Source: a virus (Duplodnaviria; Caudoviricetes). Taken from it: a stretch of 64,000 nt of DNA. The notes below the pieces were generated by a model. That model was given only the letters and a program-made list of their open reading frames with translations. It was not told where the DNA came from and searched no databases. Where the stretch lies: positions 1 through 64,000 of IMG/VR virus record IMGVR_UViG_3300050336_000035, one strand, 5' to 3'. The position numbers were made by a program, and so were the translations under genes. Below, piece after piece: positions 52,817 through 61,900 of the stretch (positions are counted from its first letter, which is position 1; each line of letters opens with the position of its first letter).

Positions 52817-53017
52817 GTGAGTACTGTTATAGAATGGAAAAGAATTGAAGCAGGAGAATATTGGTCAAAGGATGATAGATTTCATATCTTAAAGACTTGG
52901 GATAGAATATATAATTCACATTGGGAATTATATGACAGTATAAGTAAACAAGATTATCCTTGTAATAGCTTAAAAGAATGTAAACGGCGAGCAGAATTAA
53001 TAGTAGAACAAGCATGA
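52817..53017 (+). CDS. Hypothetical protein
   Basis: Probable GTG start after AAAGGA. Confidence 0.6.
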   Translation: MSTVIEWKRIEAGEYWSKDDRFHILKTWDRIYNSHWELYDSISKQDYPCNSLKECKRRAELIVEQA

Positions 53018-53096
53018 TTCATAGATGTAGTTATTTCGCCATTTGAATATACTGTGAATATTATAATTATTAATATAATAGGAGTGTGATATTATA

Positions 53097-53357
53097 ATGA
53101 AATGTCAAAATTGTAACTCAGCAGAATATCAAGATGCTTTTGATACTTGTATAGAGAATGGTCATAAGCATAGAGTTTATATATGCCCTATATGTGAAGA
53201 TATTTTTACTGAAAGGATTCTACCTAGACACAATAAATATAGGTTTAATAAAGCCAAATTAGTTGATTTTATAGGTATTACAAGTGCATCTATAACAATA
53301 TTCTTTATAACATACTATATACTTAATAATATAGGTAAATTTACAACAACTTTTTAA
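53097..53357 (+). CDS. Zn-ribbon protein with C-terminal TM helix
   Basis: CQNC...CPIC; hydrophobic tail. Confidence 0.6.
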   Translation: MKCQNCNSAEYQDAFDTCIENGHKHRVYICPICEDIFTERILPRHNKYRFNKAKLVDFIGITSASITIFFITYYILNNIGKFTTTF

Positions 53358-53905
53358 TGATATTAAAATAATTTTTTTAAAATTTTATTGACAAATAAAT
53401 GGTATAGTGGTAATATAATAACATAAAATATAAAAAAAAATAAACCAATTCACAAAGAACTATTACATAAAAAAAGAAAGGATGTGAATTGGTGAAAGAA
53501 GACAATATAAGTAAAGCTACAGTAATTCAAAAACTGTTAGAAAGCTTAGTCCAACAAAACCCAAAGTACAAGGAGAATACAGAAGGTATACTTTACCTCA
53601 AACTTTTAAGAAATAAATTATTAGAAGGGAGAGATAAAGAGTGCCAGTAGATGATTGGAGATTAGATATGTTGGCATATACAATTAAGAAAATGCTGAAT
53701 ACATATCATGATTGGAGACATACAAATAACGGTAAAAAGCTATTAAAAGAACATAAAAAGCTTAAAATTAAGCTTAGAAATCGTTTGACAGATAGTACAT
53801 ATTATATAGAGTAAAGCCCTTTTTCATGTGTCCTCCTTTAGCAGTTTGTGGGTATCTGTAAAAACCCTCACCTCCCTAATAAGAATGGAGAAAAATAATA
53901 GGAAT

Positions 53906-54058
53906 ATGTACATAAGTAGAGATTTTACAAAACGACCTGTAACAGATTTTATAAAGAATGTGAAACCTATTTTAAATGATAATTTAATAGCTGAAGAAGT
54001 ATATAATGATATGGGGTATTGTGTGGGCTGGAATATAAAAACGTTAGTAAACAAATGA
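53906..54058 (+). CDS. Hypothetical protein
   Basis: Probable start MYISR. Confidence 0.4.
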   Translation: MYISRDFTKRPVTDFIKNVKPILNDNLIAEEVYNDMGYCVGWNIKTLVNK

Positions 54059-54097
54059 AGTATTTAGTGTTAATATTCATTAAAGGAGATATATATT

Positions 54098-54316
54098 ATG
54101 AATAAATTTATGGTAAAAGTAACATTAAAACAAACAAACTTATCTGGTTATACATGGATTAATAATAAACCAAGTTGGGTAGATGCATATGTAGAAGTTG
54201 ACGCAGAAACATTAAACGATGCTATTGAATTAGTAAAAGAAACATATGGTGATGAAAATAAATATTGGATTAAATCATCTGAAAGTTATATGATGTTACC
54301 TCCAATTATAAAATAA
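54098..54316 (+). CDS. Hypothetical protein
   Basis: AAGGAG RBS. Confidence 0.65.
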   Translation: MNKFMVKVTLKQTNLSGYTWINNKPSWVDAYVEVDAETLNDAIELVKETYGDENKYWIKSSESYMMLPPIIK

Positions 54317-54364
54317 TAACACAAAATACTTGATTCATTTAAAAAAGAAAGGATATGAATTAAC

Positions 54365-54550
54365 ATGAAAACAGTTACAGTTATACCTGCAAAGAAAATT
54401 ACTTGGGAAAGAATTTATTCCGCTTTAGGTTTTTGGATGTATTATTCTTATGACAAAGATGGAAACAGAATTAAAACAATATATTGGTGTTGTTTGCCTT
54501 TTAAGTTTTTTAGAAAGTTTGATTTGTTTTCATACAAATGTAATCTATAA
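54365..54550 (+). CDS. Hypothetical protein
   Basis: Between sites 54321 and 54555. Confidence 0.55.
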   Translation: MKTVTVIPAKKITWERIYSALGFWMYYSYDKDGNRIKTIYWCCLPFKFFRKFDLFSYKCNL

Positions 54551-54610
54551 TATTACAGAATTCTGATTTCATAAAGATACCAAATAAATATTAATGAAAG
54601 GAGGTGTAAA

Positions 54611-55810
54611 ATGTTATATAAAACAATGATAGTTCCTGTTAATTGTAATAAATCAGATTATAATTATCTTATGCAATGTAATAAGTATTCAGGAATAGTT
54701 TGGAATACTATTGTAAAAATGGATAAAGAAAACAGAGAAAAGTATGGTAAGTCTTTAACTCGTTCAGAGTTACAACATAGTATGAAGAAAAGTGTACCAA
54801 TAATTATGGCTATAAGTATAAATTATGTAATATTGAAGTATATAACTGCTAGAGATGCTATGTTTAGGTCTATGAAAGCGAAGCATAAAAATAGTAATAC
54901 TGTTAGATTACCATATAAAGAAAAGAAATTTTATAATACAATTTGGAGTTATCAAAATTTTAAGATAAATATATCTAAAAATTATATTACACTAGGGAAA
55001 CCAATACTAGTAAATGATAATGGTAAAAATCGAAAACAAAAACCAATTAAATGTAATATAAAAAATATTCCAAACAATATAGTAGAGATTGAATTGATTT
55101 ATCGTAATGGTTTAAAATTAGCCATTAAATATAAAGAAGAAAATAATAATGTTTTAATTCAATCCAATAATGAAGCAGCTATAGACCTTGGTGAAATACA
55201 TAGTATTACTTCTATTGATAGTAATGGTAATGCAATTATAATCACTGGTAGAAAGATTAGAGCTATTAAACAATTGAGAAATAAAGAGTTAGCTAAACTA
55301 AAAAGTCGTAGAAGTAAATGTGCTAAAAGGAGTAAGCAGTATAAGAAATATAGTAAGGCAATTTATAATCTCAAATATAATACTGACAATAGGATATTAG
55401 ATTGTGTTCATAAGATTACAAAGCTATATTTAGATTATTGTTTACAAAATAATATTTCAAAAGTATACTATGGTGACTTAGACAATTGTACAAGAAGTAC
55501 AAAAGAAAATAATCAAGGCAATACAATGGTAAGACAAAAACTAAGTCAATGGTGTTACGGACTAATTATGTTACAACTACAAAATAAACTATCAAGATAT
55601 GGAATTGAATTAGTAAAAGTTAAAGAATATTATACTTCAAAGAAATGTCCTATTTGCAGTAAGTTAAATAAACCTAATGGTAGAAATTATGAATGTGAGT
55701 GTGGTTATAAAATGCATAGAGATGTCAATGGAGCTATAAATATTCTTAATGATAACAGTAATTGGTATGTAGATAGATATACTAATCTAAAGTATCTACG
55801 TATAGCGTAA
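54611..55810 (+). CDS. tnpB: TnpB family nuclease with rearranged RuvC-II, no TnpA
   Basis: AAIDLG, YYGDL (G at canonical E), VKEYYTSKKCPIC, HRDVNGAINIL. Confidence 0.88.
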   Translation: MLYKTMIVPVNCNKSDYNYLMQCNKYSGIVWNTIVKMDKENREKYGKSLTRSELQHSMKKSVPIIMAISINYVILKYITARDAMFRSMKAKHKNSNTVRLPYKEKKFYNTIWSYQNFKINISKNYITLGKPILVNDNGKNRKQKPIKCNIKNIPNNIVEIELIYRNGLKLAIKYKEENNNVLIQSNNEAAIDLGEIHSITSIDSNGNAIIITGRKIRAIKQLRNKELAKLKSRRSKCAKRSKQYKKYSKAIYNLKYNTDNRILDCVHKITKLYLDYCLQNNISKVYYGDLDNCTRSTKENNQGNTMVRQKLSQWCYGLIMLQLQNKLSRYGIELVKVKEYYTSKKCPICSKLNKPNGRNYECECGYKMHRDVNGAINILNDNSNWYVDRYTNLKYLRIA

Positions 55811-55900
55811 GCTGAAGTAGTAGATGTGAAGGTTACTCACCTAGTTAATGACTGGTAGCCTATAGATTTTATATAGGAAAGGTTAGATAAAAATATTTGA
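55790..55900 (+). ncRNA. Putative TnpB omega RNA
   Basis: Hairpins overlapping the tnpB 3' end: ATCTAC/GTAGAT, GTGA/TCAC, CCTATA/TATAGG. Confidence 0.45.
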
Positions 55901-55942
55901 CTTGTGACCAAAATCCTATTTTATTCTGATTTTGAGGTACAT

Positions 55943-56101
55943 ATGATAGGTAGATTTGATGGTATTTATTGTAATACTCCATGTTTAATTGAAATTACAG
56001 AAAACGAAATAACAATTACAGGAGTTGATTTAAATGAAAGATTAAGCCATGATAACTATTTAGAGTTAGTTAACAATGGTTTTATAGAAATAATATATTA
56101 A
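55943..56101 (+). CDS. Hypothetical protein
   Basis: Start moved to MIGR after GAGGT. Confidence 0.5.
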   Translation: MIGRFDGIYCNTPCLIEITENEITITGVDLNERLSHDNYLELVNNGFIEIIY

Positions 56102-56120
56102 ATAGAAAGGTCGTGTACAT

Positions 56121-56411
56121 ATGTCTAATACGGTTCTACAACAAGCTAAAAATAAGTATATTAAAACTAATAATATACATAGGTTTGGATGGCTAAATAT
56201 TAATGATATTGTTATTCCTCAGATTTTTATTGATGCAGGAGTCAATGATTACAAAATACAAAAGTGTATTGATTATTATAATAAAAATGGTCATATGGAT
56301 AAACCTGTTCAAGTTTGTGGAAGAGAACATTATTGTAGAGATGGTTTTAGTAGGTGGGTAGCTTCAATTTATCTTGGATTAGATAAGGTTTGGGTTGAAT
56401 ACATATTTTGA
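56121..56411 (+). CDS. Small degenerate ParB-like protein
   Basis: KPVQV...RDGFSRWVA...LGLDKVWV. Confidence 0.5.
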   Translation: MSNTVLQQAKNKYIKTNNIHRFGWLNINDIVIPQIFIDAGVNDYKIQKCIDYYNKNGHMDKPVQVCGREHYCRDGFSRWVASIYLGLDKVWVEYIF

Positions 56412-56607
56412 TTATTAATATAATACATAAAGGAGTATATTACATATGCAATTAAATGATATTGATAAGGGGTATGCTGAATTATTTGGTGCTATATGGA
56501 AACAAGCTGTTCAAGATGATTATAAAGAGAATAAAGACGTTCCATTGAAAATAATTCAAAAATGTGTACTATATGAAGCTAATAAGTGGAGAGTTAGGAG
56601 ATAATTA

Positions 56608-57219
56608 ATGGTAGAATTCATTCTAGGGACATTTATAGTAGTTTTAATTCGCAATAAGATAGTCAGTAATATAAACAGTAAGGCAGAAAAAGAATTGTAT
56701 TCTGTGTATCATTTTAAGCCTTTGTTTAAACATTGGAGTATTTATCCATCATTGATTTGTGTTATTATTTACTTATATTTAGAATATTGTGTTTTTAGAA
56801 GAAATTTTTGGTTTATTCCATATCAGCAATGGTTTAGAATAATTACTATTATGTCATATGTTCCATTAGTTTATAAATATAAGTTGCTTGAGAGTATATC
56901 CAAAAAGCATAAAAGCATCTGTTTTTCACCTTATTTAATTTCTCTTTATCTTATCCTTTTAGGTACAGGGTTAAATTTGATAGCTATGGCATATAACAAT
57001 TGGAAAATGCCTATATTTCCAACGATGACGTATTCCACAGGTTACGCGACTACTTTTATTGATAATAAGCATATTCTTGGAAACATGTATACAAAATTAA
57101 TTCCTTTGACTGATATATTTGATAGTGGATATATGTGTTTTAGCTTAGGTGATGTATTTTTTAGAATGTTTAGTTCTATTTTAATATTTTTTTCAATAAA
57201 AAAAATAAATAAATATTAA
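56608..57219 (+). CDS. DUF5317-like membrane protein
   Basis: G..LN.IA..YNNWKMP...H...TKL.PLTDIF...FSLGD. Confidence 0.78.
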   Translation: MVEFILGTFIVVLIRNKIVSNINSKAEKELYSVYHFKPLFKHWSIYPSLICVIIYLYLEYCVFRRNFWFIPYQQWFRIITIMSYVPLVYKYKLLESISKKHKSICFSPYLISLYLILLGTGLNLIAMAYNNWKMPIFPTMTYSTGYATTFIDNKHILGNMYTKLIPLTDIFDSGYMCFSLGDVFFRMFSSILIFFSIKKINKY

Positions 57220-57303
57220 AATAATTGTTGACTTATTTATGCAATGGTATTATACTATAAATGTACCAAATAAAACCACTACATAAGGAGTGAATAAAAT
57301 AAA

Positions 57304-58092
57304 ATGCAAAATTGGATTAACGCTTTATTGAATTGTTTATTAGTATCAATTCCAGAAGAAATAGTATGGGTTACATTAACTCTTGTTTTACTAAAAAGAT
57401 TTGATTTATTAGATTGGCGAAGATGGAAACGAAATATAAAGTGGTTAAGTATTCCAATTATACCTGTAGCAATTTCTATTAATATATTAAAATATATTTT
57501 TGTTATACCTAGACTAGTAATGAGTATTAGTACATTAATTATGTTAATTTTATTGATTATTTATATAGTTAAAAAAACTGATAAGCTTAAAAATACTAAA
57601 ATATACAAAGTTATATTATTTACATTGTTTGGAAGTTGCTTAATTGCTTTTACTGAGGCAATTTATATTCCTATTATACTATTTATGACAAATTTAAAAA
57701 TATCCCAAATAAATATAGATATTTTGAACAATTTTTTATTTTCATTACCAGAAAGAATAATTCAAATTTGTTTTATTTTATACATCATTTATGGCAAAAC
57801 ATATAAGTTAAAATATAACTATGGTTTTAAAATTTTTGAAAATAAACTTAATGTTTTTAGTTTATTTTCAATTATTATAATTTTAGTAGTATTTTGGTTA
57901 ATATCATTAAATGTTTTTTCTAATCAGGGTATATTTAGAGATTTCCCTATTAATTTAAAAATTTTATTAGGTACTGCAATGAATCTTATGCCAACTCTAT
58001 TTTTTGTAATAATGGTTATTAATAATTTAACTTTTATTCAAAAAAATATTCAAATAGAACAAAAATACTCAGATATGTTGGATGAAAAATAG
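57304..58092 (+). CDS. Polytopic membrane protein, possibly AgrC-sensor-like, no kinase domain
   Basis: About 7 hydrophobic helices; own promoter (57228); directly upstream of agrD. Confidence 0.6.
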   Translation: MQNWINALLNCLLVSIPEEIVWVTLTLVLLKRFDLLDWRRWKRNIKWLSIPIIPVAISINILKYIFVIPRLVMSISTLIMLILLIIYIVKKTDKLKNTKIYKVILFTLFGSCLIAFTEAIYIPIILFMTNLKISQINIDILNNFLFSLPERIIQICFILYIIYGKTYKLKYNYGFKIFENKLNVFSLFSIIIILVVFWLISLNVFSNQGIFRDFPINLKILLGTAMNLMPTLFFVIMVINNLTFIQKNIQIEQKYSDMLDEK

Positions 58093-58110
58093 AAAGTTGG
58101 GGTGTTTTAA

Positions 58111-58230
58111 ATGAAAAAATTGAGTGTTATTGTCAGCTTAGTTACACTTATAGGTATTATATGCTCAAATATGGTGGCTTCATGGTACTTGCTTAGTCAG
58201 CCAGAAACTCCATCAATACTTTCAAAGTAA
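58111..58230 (+). CDS. agrD: AgrD-type cyclic autoinducer peptide precursor (39 aa)
   Basis: Not in ORF track. MKKLSVIVSLVTLIGIICSNMVASWYLLSQPETPSILSK matches the clostridial AgrD pattern A-[C/S]xxxx-xQPExP; agrB 1.1 kb downstream. Confidence 0.85.
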   Translation: MKKLSVIVSLVTLIGIICSNMVASWYLLSQPETPSILSK

Positions 58231-58261
58231 TTTAGGTTACTAAAGAAAGTATTAATTATCT

Positions 58262-58305
58262 TTTATATCGTATAGGAAACTTATTAAAGCCCTATACGAT
58301 ATAAA
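58262..58305 (+). terminator. Long hairpin after agrD
   Basis: TTTATATCGTATAGG / CCTATACGATATAAA 15-bp perfect stem. Confidence 0.65.
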
Positions 58306-58394
58306 TATAATTATTTTAAAAAAACTATTGACAATGATTTGGTAATAATATAAAATAATTACATAAACGATATTACAAAAAGGAGTTTAAAAAA

Positions 58395-59273
58395 ATGTTA
58401 GAATTGTTTAGAAAATTTAATGTGAATGAGATTACCAATATACCAACAGAAATTGAAATAATAAATAAAAGATTATCGTATGAATTAGAAACTGTACTAC
58501 AAGATACAACAATAAATATGTTTGCTAGACGTTGCAACCTATTAAGTACGATTCAACTAGAAGATATTTTAAATTTAAAGCTTACTCAGAAACCATCAAG
58601 AGAGCTACTTAGAATTATAGCTAGTAACAGTAATGGAAATGTTACATATAGAAGGCTATATGAAATTTGCAATTATTCTGAATTTGATGAAGAAGAAGAC
58701 AAACGGTGGTTGGATTTTAAACCGAAAAGGGGTCAGATATATTATATAGATTTAGGATTTTCAATTGATAGTGAACAGAGTGGAGTAAGACCATGCTTAA
58801 TATTACAGAATGATGTTGGTAATGATCGAAGTACGACATTAGTGGTTCTCCCAATTTCGACACGATTAAAAAAATTCGGAAAAACACATGTAAGACTTAC
58901 TCGTGAAAACGGGTTAAGAGAAGAATCATATATATTAGCTGAACAAATACGTGTAGTAAGTAAACGTAGAATATATTATAGTGGTTGTGCAAATTTAATT
59001 ACAACTTTATCAGAAGAAAAAATGGAAGAAGTAAGAGTAGCTGTCGAGTTTGAATTAGGTCTTGAAGATTTATCATTTAATGAAGAAAAGGCTTATATAT
59101 TAGCTAATGCAGTAAGAACTTTAAAAAGAAATATTAAAGTAAAACAATCAAGAGATTTAATTGACATATATAAAGAAAAATATAATGAATTCATATCATA
59201 TTGTAAAAAGTTTAACAGAGACCCAGAGGTTGTTTATAGTAGCTATAAAACCTTAGATATTCAATATGCTTAA
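58395..59273 (+). CDS. mazF: XRE-like HTH fused to MazF/PemK endoribonuclease
   Basis: KRGQIYYIDL...SEQSGVRPCLILQNDVGN...PIST...THV...ILAEQIRVVSKRRI; N-terminal INMFARRC...KPSRELLRIIA...VTY..L; own promoter at 58328. Confidence 0.85.
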   Translation: MLELFRKFNVNEITNIPTEIEIINKRLSYELETVLQDTTINMFARRCNLLSTIQLEDILNLKLTQKPSRELLRIIASNSNGNVTYRRLYEICNYSEFDEEEDKRWLDFKPKRGQIYYIDLGFSIDSEQSGVRPCLILQNDVGNDRSTTLVVLPISTRLKKFGKTHVRLTRENGLREESYILAEQIRVVSKRRIYYSGCANLITTLSEEKMEEVRVAVEFELGLEDLSFNEEKAYILANAVRTLKRNIKVKQSRDLIDIYKEKYNEFISYCKKFNRDPEVVYSSYKTLDIQYA

Positions 59274-59294
59274 AAGAAGGAGATAGAATACAGA

Positions 59295-59948
59295 ATGCAA
59301 AATATATTTACATTTAAGTTTATAGATGCTTGGTCAATATATTGTGCAAAACGATTATATGAACCAATTAAAGATAAACCAGAAATACTTAGACAACTAA
59401 AAGTATTAATTGAAAATATAAAACATGTAACATATGATGACAATGAATTAAATGAACAAAGTTATATAGATATTTTTCAATATGCTTTTAAAGCGATTTA
59501 TGGTGCAATTATTAAGGGTGGACTGTTACTGCTGATAGCATCGTTATTGAATATATTAGTACCAACCTTGGTAGTAACAGCTTCCTTTGGTATAATTAGG
59601 GTGTTTGCAGGAGGGTTACATTTTAAAAGTTATACTCTATGCACATATGTGTCATTAATTTGTTTCCTTATTGGAGGGGTAATAGGAAGTGCCTTTAAAT
59701 ATAATTTATATATTAATATAATAGTATATATCTTTGCATTAACTAACTTTTTATTATATGCTCCAGTAGAAAATGAAAATCTCCCTATCAAACCCCACAA
59801 AAAAATAATATTTAAACGAATAGCTATAGTAAATACAACTATATTGTTACTCTTAAACACAATATTCTTATACAATATATCTATAACAGTTGGTGTTTTT
59901 ATAGCAGGATTAATTACTCTTCCTATTTTTAATAGTAAATTTAAATAA
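59295..59948 (+). CDS. agrB: AgrB peptide-processing membrane protease
   Basis: IRVFAGGLHFKSYTLC (catalytic H and C) and YAPVEN. Confidence 0.9.
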   Translation: MQNIFTFKFIDAWSIYCAKRLYEPIKDKPEILRQLKVLIENIKHVTYDDNELNEQSYIDIFQYAFKAIYGAIIKGGLLLLIASLLNILVPTLVVTASFGIIRVFAGGLHFKSYTLCTYVSLICFLIGGVIGSAFKYNLYINIIVYIFALTNFLLYAPVENENLPIKPHKKIIFKRIAIVNTTILLLLNTIFLYNISITVGVFIAGLITLPIFNSKFK

Positions 59949-60097
59949 AGTTTTGACAAAATAAATGACATATATGTTACATTTTCAACAATAATATAAA
60001 GTCTTATCTTATTTTGTCGATTTATAATATATAAGGTCGATATCTTATATTTGAAATGTCGAGAGATTAAGCGTATTATAATTTTTACATAGATATA

Positions 60098-60145
60098 TTG
60101 CAAACAGGGAAATTAACATTTATAATTGATTTAGAACATATGTTC
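60098..60145 (+). promoter_or_regulatory. sigmaA promoter with LexA/SOS box
   Basis: TTGCAA-17-TATAAT, then GAACATATGTTC (60134-60145), an exact GAAC-N4-GTTC. Confidence 0.8.
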
Positions 60146-60167
60146 TTTTTAAGGAGGGAAAAAGAAA

Positions 60168-60443
60168 ATGAATTATTGTATGCAAGATTGTGAAACAGGG
60201 AACTTTGTATCAAGTAATTCAATTTTAATTGACGGAGGTAAATTATATTATTCTACTTTTACAGGTAGAGACCTATGTGGAGGGTTAGAATATAATTTAA
60301 CACAAGAACAGGCAGAAAAAAAGATGAGCAATTTTATAAAAAAAATGAACAAATATGGATTACATAAAAATTTAAAAATTGTAGGTGTAGATATTACCGC
60401 TTTAAACATAGGAAATATATATACTGTTGAGTATGTAATATAA
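60168..60443 (+). CDS. Hypothetical protein, probably SOS-inducible
   Basis: AAGGAGG RBS directly after the SOS box. Confidence 0.7.
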   Translation: MNYCMQDCETGNFVSSNSILIDGGKLYYSTFTGRDLCGGLEYNLTQEQAEKKMSNFIKKMNKYGLHKNLKIVGVDITALNIGNIYTVEYVI

Positions 60444-60559
60444 TTGAATAAATCTTAAAATAATTTGTTTATTAGCTTGACTTTTTGTACATAATATAAT
60501 ACAATTCAATTATTATATTAGATATTTACAATTATCTATTGAAAGGTGTGTATTGAAGT

Positions 60560-61900
60560 ATGTACAAAGAGAAGCAAGAACAACTGTATTCAAGGATTAA
60601 TAGTATTATAGCTAATACTGATTATCGAATATTTAAAGAAGCTGTAGGAACTGAGTTGAGAAAAAGAGGTCTAGATTCTAGCATCATAATATTAGCATCT
60701 GAAATTATCATGAAAAATGCTAAAGTTGAGCAATTAGTTAATGAAGAAGATAATGATATAAAATTATTATTTTTCTTTGCTGATGCTCTTAATAAGGCTT
60801 TAAGTGATAATGAAGGTGCTATTATTATTTTAGAAAATTATTTTTTAAAAAGTGAAATAGAAGAATTAACGGATTATACAATTAAAGAAGGTAAAGAAAG
60901 TATTTTTCCACTTACAATTTATGATGTTACTCAGTTTAATGACCACCATTGGGAAGGGAGTATAACTGCTCAATATCAAGATAAGTGCAATAGTTATAGA
61001 GTACCTTATTATAATCCTAATACACAGCGTAACCCCAAGAGAACAAAGAAGGGTGATAAAATAAATGTTGACCCTAAAAAAGTACTTGCTATTAGAGATG
61101 AATTATTAAGTGGAGAGTACGAAACAGATTCAATTATCTGGAATATTTTAAAAACTGGAGATGAAAAGTTTACTTATAATCCTAAAAATAGAACATTAAC
61201 AATATTTGAAGGAAGTATTATTAATATAGTTGATGGACAACACCGAAAAGAAGCTAATTCTGCTGCTATAGCTATTAATCCTAATTTGGATTACAAATGG
61301 CCTCTTAGTATTTTTAATGTTAGTGAGATTAAGGCACATAGTATAATGGTTCAGAAAAACAAACAGACGAAAATGCCTGAAGAATGGATTCAAACAAAAG
61401 ATTATAGTAGATATGAAAATGATGTTATTAGTAAGATGAAAGATGAAAAATCTAACCTTTTTAAAATTATGGGTGAAGATGAAAAACAAATTGCCAACAA
61501 TCAATCTTTAGTTAAAAAATCTAATATAGCATTAGCTATTAAAGAAATTTATCAAGAAGAAATATCTGATAATGATGACAGAAGACAACTAGCTAGATGG
61601 TTGTCAGAATTCTTTGATTATATGATAAAACTATATTCTTATGAATTTATTGAGGAGTCTTTAAAAGTAAAAGAAGTTAGTTTTATAAATTGGAAAAATA
61701 TGTTTTTTGGCTATATAGCGTTATCGAGAGCTTTGAGAAATAAAGATAATTGGCGTGAAGTATTTAAAGAAAAAATGTCTTCTATAGATTTTAGTAATAC
61801 AAATCCATTATGGCAAACTTTTGGAATATTAAATACAAAAGATGCCAATGCAACTTTAAGGAAACATTTGTATAATTTATTTAAGGAAGGTGTTGAATAA
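60560..61900 (+). CDS. DGQHR/DndB-like ParB-fold protein (SPbeta YopQ/SroE-like)
   Basis: YNPNTQR...INIVDGQHR; upstream of and coupled to a recombinase-fold repressor. Confidence 0.7.
   Translation: MYKEKQEQLYSRINSIIANTDYRIFKEAVGTELRKRGLDSSIIILASEIIMKNAKVEQLVNEEDNDIKLLFFFADALNKALSDNEGAIIILENYFLKSEIEELTDYTIKEGKESIFPLTIYDVTQFNDHHWEGSITAQYQDKCNSYRVPYYNPNTQRNPKRTKKGDKINVDPKKVLAIRDELLSGEYETDSIIWNILKTGDEKFTYNPKNRTLTIFEGSIINIVDGQHRKEANSAAIAINPNLDYKWPLSIFNVSEIKAHSIMVQKNKQTKMPEEWIQTKDYSRYENDVISKMKDEKSNLFKIMGEDEKQIANNQSLVKKSNIALAIKEIYQEEISDNDDRRQLARWLSEFFDYMIKLYSYEFIEESLKVKEVSFINWKNMFFGYIALSRALRNKDNWREVFKEKMSSIDFSNTNPLWQTFGILNTKDANATLRKHLYNLFKEGVE

Larger units (their letters stand above)
25417..55924 (+). 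repeat. Dispersed 18-bp inverted-arm sites (5 bp-N8-5 bp) at gene boundaries
   Basis: 33 copies here plus 3 in the left arm; left arms ATAAA/ATAGA/ATGAA/ACCAA/ACAAA, right arms their complements. See findings. Confidence 0.8.

Noticed and set aside
28235-53038. Extra 18-bp site candidates at 28235, 35711, 53021 (and 7139)
   Set aside because: Spacer length or right arm deviates; not counted.
60560-61900. Phosphorothioation (dnd) system
   Set aside because: Only a DndB-like domain; no dndACDE; context matches YopQ/SroE.
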